Shown in pieces: positions 8,514 to 17,171 of a stretch of DNA of 64,000 nucleotides. This stretch comes from a virus (taxonomy: Duplodnaviria; Caudoviricetes): IMG/VR virus record IMGVR_UViG_3300006846_000010, positions 1 to 64,000 of that record, one strand, 5' to 3'. Positions within the stretch are counted from its first letter, which is position 1, and each line of letters begins with the position of its first letter. The notes under the pieces were generated by a model. That model searched no databases and was not told where the DNA came from. It saw nothing but the letters and a program-made list of their open reading frames with translations. Both the position numbers and the translations under genes were made by a program.

Positions 8514-9539
8514 GTGTCCGTACCGCTACCTACCGGGTGGAGTCCCGGACGCAACGAGGGTGAGAGTGAGGCTGAGGCCGCCGCCCGCCTGCTCGTCGAG
8601 TATCCAGGTACCACGGGAGTTCGGAAGTTCTTCGGCACCAGCACGATCAACTCGGGCGCCGGCGCGCTGGGCGTCCTGCCGAACCACGCCGGAATGCGCG
8701 TCTCGATCAGCTTCGAGCAGCTCACGGTGCCGGTGAACCTGCGCGGTGAGGTCATCGAGCTGGTGCAGCGCGGCTTCGAGGTCGACGTCATCGGGTACCA
8801 CGAGTTCGAGAAGAAGGTGACGCCGACCCAGCTGCTGTCGGTGTACCGGCAGCTCGACACGATGTTTCCGCGCAGCGACCCGCTGCGCGCCGCCGGCACG
8901 GTACAGCTGGTCGTCGTGGCCACGGTACAGCGCGCCCGGGTGTACGCGCCCGACGACCTGCGACGGTTCATCACGCCGGACCTCGCCCAGCTGGTGGACA
9001 TCATCGGGTGGGACTGGTATCCGTCGTACGCGAAGAAGTCGGACATCGATCACTACGAGGATCCGGCCGAGGCCTTCGCGCTGATGCTGAGCTTCGGCGA
9101 CGAGGTGGGCGTCCCGGCGTGGGGACTCTACGAGGAGAACCACGAGCGCATCACCGAGGCGAACGGCTTTGCCGTGAACCTGGACCCGTCCGGTGTGATG
9201 TGTGCCGACTGGATGCTTCGCTCCTATCGCTGGGCGGTCCAGAACCGGTGCGTCCGGTGGTTGCACTTCCACACCAGCGGCGGTCGACTGACCGCACCCG
9301 GCAACGTTCGCGCCCCCGAGTACAACGCCCTGTTGGAGATGATTGCGATGTCAGGACCGGTCACCGAGCCCGTCCCGGGTCCCGACCCGGTACACCCCCA
9401 ATACGTCTACGGCTACGACGCGGGACTCGCCGTGGGCACGGACGCGGGACGCGCGGCCGGGCTGTCAGAGGGCCGGATCGAGGGCGCTCGGTCGTTCGCC
9501 GACGGCGTCACCGCGTACGTCGCGGACCAGCGGCCGTAG
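8514..9539 (+). CDS. glycoside hydrolase-like TIM barrel (clan A, GH26-like)
   Basis: GYHEFE (acid/base-like), DIIGWDWY, WGLYE (nucleophile-like); GAGGAGG RBS before GTG 8514. Confidence 0.55.
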   Translation: MSVPLPTGWSPGRNEGESEAEAAARLLVEYPGTTGVRKFFGTSTINSGAGALGVLPNHAGMRVSISFEQLTVPVNLRGEVIELVQRGFEVDVIGYHEFEKKVTPTQLLSVYRQLDTMFPRSDPLRAAGTVQLVVVATVQRARVYAPDDLRRFITPDLAQLVDIIGWDWYPSYAKKSDIDHYEDPAEAFALMLSFGDEVGVPAWGLYEENHERITEANGFAVNLDPSGVMCADWMLRSYRWAVQNRCVRWLHFHTSGGRLTAPGNVRAPEYNALLEMIAMSGPVTEPVPGPDPVHPQYVYGYDAGLAVGTDAGRAAGLSEGRIEGARSFADGVTAYVADQRP

Positions 9540-9610
9540 CACCGGAAACTCGTAGGACATTTATCGCAATGTGTCGGCTACGGCCGTGTGATGTATGGTA
9601 TGATATATCC

Positions 9611-9832
9611 ATGCTGAACGACGGACAAGTGATGATCGGGGTGTCGGGTATGCCACGTAAGTCGGCGTCGATGATTCGCGCGAACAGACACACGGTGGTG
9701 CTGTTTGGCCGCGACCATAAGATCGTGGCGACTGCGGTTCGAGGCGAGGGCGCGGACCAGATCGTCGTCTTGACGACCGCGGACGGCACCGAGATCCGGC
9801 GGTCTCCGGGCGCCAAGCTAGAGGTTCGGTGA
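9611..9832 (+). CDS. hypothetical protein, leaderless
   Basis: TATGAT 9599-9604, ATG after a 6-nt gap; coupled to next gene. Confidence 0.55.
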   Translation: MLNDGQVMIGVSGMPRKSASMIRANRHTVVLFGRDHKIVATAVRGEGADQIVVLTTADGTEIRRSPGAKLEVR

Positions 9833-10245
9833 CCACCAAGCTGTTCGACCTGTACAGCTGGGTGGCTAAGCTGGCACCGCTGAGCGTCGTGTCGGCGGAC
9901 GGAAGAGCGCTAAGTTGCGGCAAGCCGTGGGAACTCAGGTCGATCAACGTTCCGGTTATGTTGCACTCACCTCGTGTGATGATCGGACACGTCACCGCGC
10001 TGCACCAGACGCGAGACGCGCTCTACGCCGCGGGCGTGATCGAATGCTACTTTGTCGCTCAGGTACGCGGCGATAACCTGAGGCCCCAGGTCGACCTCGG
10101 CGGAGACTGCGTCGTGGAGCGGCAGGGTGAGGTGATGCTGTTTCACGCCGGCAGCGTGGCGGCCGTGACACTGGGTAAGACGCCGACGTTCGACGACGTC
10201 TGGTTTACGATCGGACGTGGGTTTATGAGCGGACGTGTGTTGTGA
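9829..10245 (+). CDS. hypothetical protein resembling a small prohead-protease-like beta domain
   Basis: LAPLSVVSADGR...IGHV...VTLGKTPTF resembles the EGIESGDGR...TTLVEIPAF domain of 35516..37666. Confidence 0.45.
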   Translation: MTTKLFDLYSWVAKLAPLSVVSADGRALSCGKPWELRSINVPVMLHSPRVMIGHVTALHQTRDALYAAGVIECYFVAQVRGDNLRPQVDLGGDCVVERQGEVMLFHAGSVAAVTLGKTPTFDDVWFTIGRGFMSGRVL

Positions 10246-10315
10246 ACAGCATAGGCGTGCGTATGGACGAGAACGGACATTTGGTCTTACGCAACACACG
10301 AGGTGAGGTGACCTA

Positions 10316-10519
10316 GTGCTGTACATCGAGCGCGGACCCGCCGAGGTTCTGCGAGCTCTGCTGTCCGACGATCCGGTGGAGCTCCAGGATGCTATCAACT
10401 TCCAACGCGAGTCATTTCGTGCGCGATACGGCTGCTACCCGGAGGAGTGTGAGATACTGCCCGGCGACCAGGTTGACGTCGACGAGCACGGCAATCCGGT
10501 CTGGCCCGGTGACTCCTGA
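10316..10519 (+). CDS. hypothetical protein
   Basis: GAGGTG RBS; coupled to next gene. Confidence 0.55.
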   Translation: MLYIERGPAEVLRALLSDDPVELQDAINFQRESFRARYGCYPEECEILPGDQVDVDEHGNPVWPGDS

Positions 10520-10707
10520 TGCGCTGGGTGCTCGGTAGGATCTTGATCGTCGCGATCCTGGCACTGTGCATGCTCGGCGGTGTCCTCGGCGCCCTCGGTC
10601 TGGACGGGTTGCTGGGACTGATCGCGGTGTGTCTGCTGGTGTGCGGTGTGGCCTGCTTGATGCTGTTGCTGGACTACACGGTGAAACGAGGACGACACCG
10701 TCGCTGA
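10519..10707 (+). CDS. two-TM membrane protein
   Basis: Hydrophobic ORF ending in basic RGRHRR. Confidence 0.65.
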   Translation: MRWVLGRILIVAILALCMLGGVLGALGLDGLLGLIAVCLLVCGVACLMLLLDYTVKRGRHRR

Positions 10708-10850
10708 CCGGCGGTGCGACGAGAGATGAGGTGTGTGTGTGTGGTGGGTGAGTGGTGGTGCCTCGGTGCGGCCGGGTTGGTCGTGGCGGTGGTCGTCGGG
10801 TACGCGTACGTGTGCGTCCGGTGTAGCCCGGCGGGCGGGAGGCGCGGTCG

Positions 10851-11288
10851 GTGATCCTCGCCACGAAGGTTAAGATGTGGTTGACCGGCGTCATCGTGAT
10901 GCTGATCGGCGCGTTCACGTGGTCGATCTTGCCCGAAAACGTACACACGCCGCCGTGGACGGATGACGGTGAGCGGATCGTGCACATGTACGTGCGATCG
11001 ACGTGGCGAGCGGTGCACATTCACGCGACGGGTAAATCACGTGTGCGCGGCGAGCTGGTGGGTTATGATGACACCACTAAGCCGCCGTGGTCACGCGAGG
11101 TTGTGTTGAGGCGTGGCGAGACGGCGACGTTTGACGTCGTGGCGAACATCCAGGCGAACGCCGACAAGCCGTACGCCGTGGACTGTCAGATCATAGTGAA
11201 CGGCGTCGAGGAGTCGGCGGAGCATGAGACGACGACAACGCACGTTCCGCGCGGCGCGGTGTTCTGTCATCACACGGTGATCGGATGA
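10851..11288 (+). CDS. membrane-anchored MmpS-like protein 2
   Basis: TM, then PWSREVV...VDCQIIVNG...VFC. Confidence 0.6.
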   Translation: MILATKVKMWLTGVIVMLIGAFTWSILPENVHTPPWTDDGERIVHMYVRSTWRAVHIHATGKSRVRGELVGYDDTTKPPWSREVVLRRGETATFDVVANIQANADKPYAVDCQIIVNGVEESAEHETTTTHVPRGAVFCHHTVIG

Positions 11289-11614
11289 GGCTGCGACACG
11301 AGAGTCACGCACCGCACTGCTACGCATGCTCGTTGATCATTCCTAACCCGCGTCGTAACCAGCGGGTAATGGCCGAGAGGCTGGAGCTCTACGAGCGTGT
11401 GGTCGAGCTGGTCGAGGACTGGATTCCTAGCATATCGGTGACCCGCGGTCGCATCCGGTGCTACCTGTACTGGGATGACCTACCCAACATACGAAGGTAC
11501 ACGATGAACTGGGTCGTGGACCGCGCGGTGGCTGACATGATACTGCACGGCGTACTGGTGCGTGAGAGTCACGGTGCGTACCGGGTTCAACGAGAGGATG
11601 ATAAACTGTGCTGA
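11285..11614 (+). CDS. hypothetical protein
   Basis: ATGA coupling, fills the operon. Confidence 0.55.
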   Translation: MRLRHESHAPHCYACSLIIPNPRRNQRVMAERLELYERVVELVEDWIPSISVTRGRIRCYLYWDDLPNIRRYTMNWVVDRAVADMILHGVLVRESHGAYRVQREDDKLC

Positions 11615-11994
11615 CCGGTATACGTCATAAGATCACAGCCGCGCTGGTCGCGCTAGGCGTGGTGGTAGGTCTTATGACGTGGTTTTCGCCGAACGCCGAT
11701 CGACGTCACGGACGGGTGAGGGTCACCATCGAGGTGATCGTAGAGCCGATGCGACACGCCGAGTTGACGTGGCAGATCGGTTCTGAGCAAAACCACATAA
11801 GTCAACGCGTGGGTCGCTGGGATGTTACGCGATACGCACAACCAGGTGACGTGGTTGTCATAGACGTTCGGTCCACCGATCCCGGGGGCATGTCATATAT
11901 CGAGTGTAAGATACGGGTGAACTGGGATGTGGTACGCGGGCCGGTGCGCGGTCGAAGTGCGTGTCGTCTAACGATGATTGTGCCACCTGCGTAA
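11608..11994 (+). CDS. membrane-anchored MmpS-like protein 3
   Basis: TM, then W...PGDVV...IECKIRVNW...AC. Confidence 0.6.
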   Translation: MLTGIRHKITAALVALGVVVGLMTWFSPNADRRHGRVRVTIEVIVEPMRHAELTWQIGSEQNHISQRVGRWDVTRYAQPGDVVVIDVRSTDPGGMSYIECKIRVNWDVVRGPVRGRSACRLTMIVPPA

Positions 11995-12045
11995 CCTGTG
12001 CGTGTGATCAGATATGAGATATGAGAGATGCGAGGATGATAAGCG

Positions 12046-12471
12046 GTGACGCAGACGATAACCTTGCGGTCGTGGCTGGTGCGGAAGCTCGTGATTCCTG
12101 TGATCGTGGTGGTAGCCGTGGGTCTGGGGGTCGCCCGGTATTCGGTGGCCGATGTGGAACGCGAGCGACCTTACCGCGTCACGTTGATCGTCTCGTACGT
12201 ACCCGGCGACCGGTATCCGTTCATCACGTGGTACGCTGGCAAGCGGTTCGACGAGCTCAAGGCGAAGACGCTCTCACAGTGGGACCTAACCATATTCGCG
12301 GATGCCGGCGACGCGGTACAGCTGGCGGCCGGTTCGCCGCACATCACCGGCATGGGTCGCCTGCGATGCACGATCAAGGTGGACTGGCAGCACGTGCCTG
12401 GGTCACCTGACGAGGACGTCGACAGCTGTCAGGTGCGGTATGTGATCCCGCACGTGCGAAGGGCCTTCTAA
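12046..12471 (+). CDS. membrane-anchored MmpS-like protein 4
   Basis: TM, then WDL...AGDAV...LRCTIKVDW...SC. Confidence 0.6.
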   Translation: MTQTITLRSWLVRKLVIPVIVVVAVGLGVARYSVADVERERPYRVTLIVSYVPGDRYPFITWYAGKRFDELKAKTLSQWDLTIFADAGDAVQLAAGSPHITGMGRLRCTIKVDWQHVPGSPDEDVDSCQVRYVIPHVRRAF

Positions 12472-12496
12472 CAGTAGCGTACGGTATAGTGGAATC

Positions 12497-14050
12497 GTGA
12501 TCGACGCACGCCGGAACCACATGCGCTCGCCGCCTCCGGAGTACGGATCCGCGTACGCGCTGGCCGCCGACATGGTGGACCCACCCAACCTGCGGTACCG
12601 AACCGACCCCGCGGCGTGGGCGACGGAGCGTGCGGGCGTCGAGATCTGGTCGCGCCAGCGTGTCGTGATGGAGTCGGTGCGGGATCATCCCAACACGGCG
12701 GTGAGATCTTGTCACTCCACCGGTAAGAGCTTTGTCTCGGCGCTGATCACATGCTGGTGGCTGGACGTTCACCCGGCGGGTGAGGCGCGCGTCATCACGA
12801 CCGCGCCGACCAGTAAGCAGGTGGACGCCGTTCTGTGGTATGAGATCAACAAGCTGCACACGCGGATCGGCCTGGCCGGCATCTGTCACCTGCGCGACTG
12901 GTACCTGGGCCGGCAGCTCGTGGCGCTCGGCCGGAAGCCGCCAGACCACGAGGAGGCGGCGTTCCAGGGCATGCACGCCAAGTACCTTCTCGTCATCTAC
13001 GACGAGGCGTTCGGCATCCCGAAGAACCTGTGGAACGAGGGGTCGTCGCTGGCCTCGAACGAGTACGCGCGCCAGCTGGCGATTGGCAACCCGGACGGAC
13101 CCGGCGAGTTCGAGAACCGGTGCCGACCGGGATCGCCGTGGAACGTGATCCACATCAGCTACCGCGACACACCCGCGTACAGCGGGGAGCGTGTGTCGCG
13201 TGGTCTGCTGGAGAACCTGATCAGCGAGCGCTGGGTGGAGGAGCGACGTGGCGACTGGGGCGAGGACAGCGCCCTGTTCCAGTCGAAGTGCGAGGGTAAC
13301 TTTCCGGGTCAGGGTGACCCGTTCTCGACGATTCCCCACCGCTGGGTGGCCTCGTGTCGCGTGCTGGAGCTGCCCGAGATCGGAGCGGTCGAGGCGGGGA
13401 TCGACGTCGGTGCCGGCGGGGACCGCACGGTCATTCGCGAGCGGCGGGGACCGCGCGCCGGACGCGAGAAGGTGTTCGTAGACGAGGATCCGATGCGGTC
13501 GGTCGGCAAGCTCGTCGAGAAGATCAACGAGTGGGGTGTCACCCGGGTAAAGATTGACGTGACAGGTATCGGCTGGGGGCTGGCGGGACGGCTGCGCGAG
13601 CTGTCCAGCCGGCACAACTCGGCGGGTGCGCTGCACGGTGACACGACGCACAACGCGGAGGTCGTGCGTGTTAACTTCGGCGCCGGTCCTAGCCCGGGTA
13701 AGGAGAGGCAGTACCTGAATAAGCGTGCCGAGCTCTGGTGGGGCGTCGGTCGCGAGAACTCACGCCTGGGTCTGTGGGACCTCACCGAGGTGGACGACCA
13801 GGTGGTTCACGAGTTGACGGCCCCGCGGTATCAGATCCTGGACTCCTACGGTAAGATTAAGATCGAGCGCAAGGTCGACGCCATTAAGCGCCTCGGCGTC
13901 TCGCCAGACCGCGCGGAGGCGCTGTTACTGGCGTTCTTCGACCCGGGTCACGACGCACCGGGTGTGTCGCCGAGCGTCATGTCAGCGTTCGCGGAGGCCG
14001 ACATCCTGGGTGGGATCTCACCGCAAGACTCGCTGGTCGGAGTTCGATGA
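12497..14050 (+). CDS. terL: terminase large subunit
   Basis: Walker A RSCHSTGKS, TTAPTSKQ, Walker B LVIYDEA, IGNP coupling motif, RNase H-like GIDVG...SPDRAEAL; leaderless TATAGT-6 nt-GTG. Confidence 0.9.
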   Translation: MIDARRNHMRSPPPEYGSAYALAADMVDPPNLRYRTDPAAWATERAGVEIWSRQRVVMESVRDHPNTAVRSCHSTGKSFVSALITCWWLDVHPAGEARVITTAPTSKQVDAVLWYEINKLHTRIGLAGICHLRDWYLGRQLVALGRKPPDHEEAAFQGMHAKYLLVIYDEAFGIPKNLWNEGSSLASNEYARQLAIGNPDGPGEFENRCRPGSPWNVIHISYRDTPAYSGERVSRGLLENLISERWVEERRGDWGEDSALFQSKCEGNFPGQGDPFSTIPHRWVASCRVLELPEIGAVEAGIDVGAGGDRTVIRERRGPRAGREKVFVDEDPMRSVGKLVEKINEWGVTRVKIDVTGIGWGLAGRLRELSSRHNSAGALHGDTTHNAEVVRVNFGAGPSPGKERQYLNKRAELWWGVGRENSRLGLWDLTEVDDQVVHELTAPRYQILDSYGKIKIERKVDAIKRLGVSPDRAEALLLAFFDPGHDAPGVSPSVMSAFAEADILGGISPQDSLVGVR

Positions 14051-14053
14051 AAA

Positions 14054-14094
14054 CGCACGTAGGTGCACACCTTAGTGGTGTGCACCTACGTGCG
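14054..14094. terminator. 17-bp perfect hairpin between convergent genes
   Basis: CGCACGTAGGTGCACAC/GTGTGCACCTACGTGCG. Confidence 0.7.
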
Positions 14095-14111
14095 CCTACG
14101 TGCGTTGTACT

Positions 14112-14507
14112 TTAGCCGACCGGCCGCGCCCAGACGTCGGAAGGAGGCGCGTTGGTGCCGTCGTAGATCAGGAACTGCCACATGCGGAACTGTGTCGGCG
14201 CGTCCAGACCCATCACCTTGTACGCGGCGGCACGGCTCTCTAGTTGGAGTCGCTCAACCTCGCCGTACGCCACGGCGGCATCGGGCTCGCTGAACGTACA
14301 TGCGTGTGCTAGCTTGCCGTCGAAGACGCTCAGCAGTGTTCGTCCCGGTACCCAGCAGCTGGGTGGACAGCTCAGCGTGTGCTTGCGGCACTGCTGTGTT
14401 ACGGCTAGTTTTAGGTCCACTTCGGGCTCCCATCTATCGTCGCCGTGCTCTACGGCTATTTTATCACATGATGCAGTGATCAGCAACAGGTACGTTGCTT
14501 GTTGCAC
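14112..14507 (-). CDS. hypothetical protein (start uncertain)
   Basis: Minus-strand ORF between a hairpin and a reverse-facing promoter. Confidence 0.5.
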   Translation of the reverse strand: MQQATYLLLITASCDKIAVEHGDDRWEPEVDLKLAVTQQCRKHTLSCPPSCWVPGRTLLSVFDGKLAHACTFSEPDAAVAYGEVERLQLESRAAAYKVMGLDAPTQFRMWQFLIYDGTNAPPSDVWARPVG

Positions 14508-14531
14508 CGATGGTGTAATGTATGATAAAAT
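14458..14531. promoter_or_regulatory. back-to-back divergent SigA promoters
   Basis: Minus TTGCTG-17-TAAAAT (14486..14458); plus TTGCAC-18-TAAAAT (14502..14531). Confidence 0.7.
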
Positions 14532-14569
14532 AGAACCAGCAACCGGTTAATCGGATGAGGCGATGATCT

Positions 14570-14848
14570 GTGATGACGCACACGGTACGACTCGACATCA
14601 CTAACATGGTGACGCGTGATCACGCCGCGGACGGGATCGTACATCTGCACGAGGCGTTGTGTGACCTGGTGGCCGGGCTTGACGTCGTCTTTGACATAGG
14701 TGACATGATGAATGAGTTTGGTCACCTGACCGTGCCCTTCGTGGGTACCAGGACGGCGCTCGAGGTGTTGATCGACCGGTGCGAGGAAGACACGGATCTG
14801 CGACCGGAACTGTATGAGTCGATCGAGGTTGTGCCGTACTTGACGTAA
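14570..14848 (+). CDS. small hypothetical protein (paralog of 16409..16675)
   Basis: VRLD...ADG...EAL...G..TVPFVG. Confidence 0.65.
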   Translation: MMTHTVRLDITNMVTRDHAADGIVHLHEALCDLVAGLDVVFDIGDMMNEFGHLTVPFVGTRTALEVLIDRCEEDTDLRPELYESIEVVPYLT

Positions 14849-14983
14849 ACGTATCGCCGACGATAGGATGATGCTAGGATGCTGGGCGTAGGTACCCGCG
14901 TACGCGCCGCTTTACTCGTAGGTCTAGTCGGTGTGGTCGGGTGCAACGTCGCATTTATGATCTCCTAGCGAAGGGAGCTCGCC

Positions 14984-15241
14984 GTGAGTAGGCCGTTCGA
15001 CATCCAGATCAGCCACGTTCAGACGTACGCGGCCGGCGGCGAGCTCGTGCTGCGGTGCACGCACTGTCGCGCGCAGCTGCTGCGAACCCGAAAGCCGATA
15101 ACGCTGGTCGAGCAGATGCGCGCGGCGCGGCATCCCGACTGCCCGGTGGAGAGCGAGATGTTGATCGAGGCGCTGGGTGATCTCTACGTAAGAGAGGAGG
15201 CGTCGAGCGCCGCCGTAGTGGGAGATTCGTCAGAGACATAA
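14984..15241 (+). CDS. small Zn-binding hypothetical protein
   Basis: CTHC...H..C; GGGAG RBS. Confidence 0.6.
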   Translation: MSRPFDIQISHVQTYAAGGELVLRCTHCRAQLLRTRKPITLVEQMRAARHPDCPVESEMLIEALGDLYVREEASSAAVVGDSSET

Positions 15242-15275
15242 CGTAACGTTAAACGTCTTAATGAGGAGGAGCTAG

Positions 15276-15767
15276 GTGGATCGAGAGACGAAGAGGGACA
15301 TCCGGGAGGGCAGCGCGATCACGCGCGCCGTCGGCTGGCGGGCGATCGTGGTAATCGTCGTGATTGTCGTGGTGATCGGTGCGATCGGCGCCGCGATCTG
15401 GTACTTCGGCGTCGTCACGTCCGGTGTGAAGGGCGCCGGTGAGCAGACCAAGATCGTCAATGACGGTCGGAACCGGGTCAACGCCCAGGAGTGGTTTCAC
15501 ACGCAGTACAACCAGATCCTCGCCGTGGATCGTAAGATCGACGAGTCTGCGCGAGCTCTGGCCGGTGCGATCGCAGCGAAGAACGAGACCGATCGCATCT
15601 TCTGGAGAGACACCCTCGCCGGGCAGAGAAACCGGTGCGCCCAGATGGTGGGTGACTACAACGCCGAGGCCAACAAGATCTCACGCGGTGGGTGGCGCGA
15701 TCCCGCGTTACCGTACCAGATTGATGACACAGACCCGAAGACCGACTGTAAGGAGACCACTAAGTGA
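15276..15767 (+). CDS. membrane-anchored coiled-coil protein
   Basis: GAGGAGGAG RBS, one TM helix, helical ectodomain with two Cys. Confidence 0.75.
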   Translation: MDRETKRDIREGSAITRAVGWRAIVVIVVIVVVIGAIGAAIWYFGVVTSGVKGAGEQTKIVNDGRNRVNAQEWFHTQYNQILAVDRKIDESARALAGAIAAKNETDRIFWRDTLAGQRNRCAQMVGDYNAEANKISRGGWRDPALPYQIDDTDPKTDCKETTK

Positions 15768-16306
15768 GGTTCGAGATCAACATCAGGTGGAAGCACCTAC
15801 TCGTCGTACCGGTCGCGCTGATCGCGCTGGTCGCCGTGAGCGCCAGCTCGTGTGGGGGCGACGAGAGCATCCCGCAGAACGACCCGGTCGCGCAGGCCAA
15901 CTTCGAAGCACAGAAGAAGAACGACAAGGTACCCAACCTGAACGACTCGCTCGAACGCGGCAACATCATCGAGCATCTCAATCGTAACAACAGGTCAGAT
16001 CGGCTGCGGTACATCTACCTACTCGCGGACACCGGCGGGATCTACGCCTACTTCGTCATCAAGGGCAAGGTCACCTCGACCGGCGCACAACTCACGCCAA
16101 CGGACTCGATCGTGGACCCGTGTACATCGTCTTACTGCCCAACCGTGGTGCAGGGTCCCACCGATGACGGGTCGTTCGGCGGGGACGAGGGAGGCATCTA
16201 CTTCTTCACGGACACCGGGATGGAGGTGCAGTGGAACGGTCGCTGGCTGGTCACCGACGAGCCGATGACCATCAAGACGCCGTCGTTGACCCTGGTCACT
16301 AAGTAG
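15764..16306 (+). CDS. putative lipoprotein
   Basis: Signal peptide with lipobox-like SASSC; SLERGN, YIYL, KGKVTS, DGSFG, GIYFFT; coupled to upstream gene. Confidence 0.7.
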   Translation: MRFEINIRWKHLLVVPVALIALVAVSASSCGGDESIPQNDPVAQANFEAQKKNDKVPNLNDSLERGNIIEHLNRNNRSDRLRYIYLLADTGGIYAYFVIKGKVTSTGAQLTPTDSIVDPCTSSYCPTVVQGPTDDGSFGGDEGGIYFFTDTGMEVQWNGRWLVTDEPMTIKTPSLTLVTK

Positions 16307-16320
16307 GCGGTATGCCGATG

Positions 16321-16366
16321 ACACCACACCACCGGGTTGTCCGGTGGTGTGGTGTTGCGATATAAT
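16321..16366 (+). promoter_or_regulatory. palindromic promoter
   Basis: 15-bp arms 16321-16335/16341-16355; TTGTCC-18-TATAAT. Confidence 0.75.
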
Positions 16367-16408
16367 GAAAACCAGAACGGACCGCGACGAGTGAGGAGCG
16401 ACGGCGTG

Positions 16409-16675
16409 ATGAGTATCAAGGTGGATGTGGTTTTCAGCGGTGACCAGGCTGACGGCGTGAGCGATAACGAGGCGCTCCGGCGCACGGTCGAACGCCTCAC
16501 GGCGAGCACGTCGGTGACGTGGCGTGACACCGGCGTTCGCACCGGCGGCGGGTGGCCCGAGGTCGAGTTCGAGGGTTCTCCCAGTGAGATCGAACTGGTC
16601 GCGTGGCGGTACGCACACGGGCCGAGTGATGACGTCAATCACATTCTCACGGAGCTGTTGAGGTCAACCGGGTAG
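16409..16675 (+). CDS. small hypothetical protein
   Basis: GAGGAG RBS; GGGWPEVEFEG. Confidence 0.7.
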   Translation: MSIKVDVVFSGDQADGVSDNEALRRTVERLTASTSVTWRDTGVRTGGGWPEVEFEGSPSEIELVAWRYAHGPSDDVNHILTELLRSTG

Positions 16676-16684
16676 CACCAGCAC

Positions 16685-16739
16685 ATAGCACATCATCACG
16701 CCGTCGGGGTTGCTCGGTGGCGTGATGATGTGCTATAGT
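16685..16739 (+). promoter_or_regulatory. palindromic promoter
   Basis: 18-bp arms 16685-16702/16719-16736; TTGCTC-18-TATAGT. Confidence 0.75.
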
Positions 16740-16772
16740 AGAACCAGGACGGAAGCACAACACGACGAGGTG

Positions 16773-17171
16773 ATGACGGTGGCTAGGAAGTCCGCTAAGA
16801 CGTTACGCGCCGAGGCTGAGGGCGCCCGGTACTACGCAACGGTCGAGACCGTTCCGGTGGCCATGTGTGACCTGAGGCCCGGTATGGTGCTCGTCCGGCC
16901 GAGCGGCGAGCGCCGCCGGGTGGTTACCGTGGGCGAGGACGTTTGCGGGATCGTCACGGGCCGGATCGAGGCCGCCCGGCTGCGCGGCCTGCCCACCGAG
17001 GGCACATTGTGTTACACCTCGCTGCGGCTCGACACGTGGGGTCTGCAGGGCGCGGATTTCGAGCAGGAGTGTGAGGTGAAGACCGGTCCGACGCTGACGA
17101 TCGCGATGCCCGACGTCTCCGCCGACGTCGTCTACCGAGTCGAGGTCGACTCCGTTCTGACGACGCCGTGA
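16773..17171 (+). CDS. hypothetical protein
   Basis: GAGG RBS downstream of promoter; high GC3; start approximate. Confidence 0.65.
   Translation: MTVARKSAKTLRAEAEGARYYATVETVPVAMCDLRPGMVLVRPSGERRRVVTVGEDVCGIVTGRIEAARLRGLPTEGTLCYTSLRLDTWGLQGADFEQECEVKTGPTLTIAMPDVSADVVYRVEVDSVLTTP

Noticed and set aside
12374-13651. Long minus-strand ORFs (also 8526..9272, 36371..37402, 40118..41578, 46359..48071)
   Set aside because: Antisense shadows of high-GC3 plus-strand genes that have clear motifs
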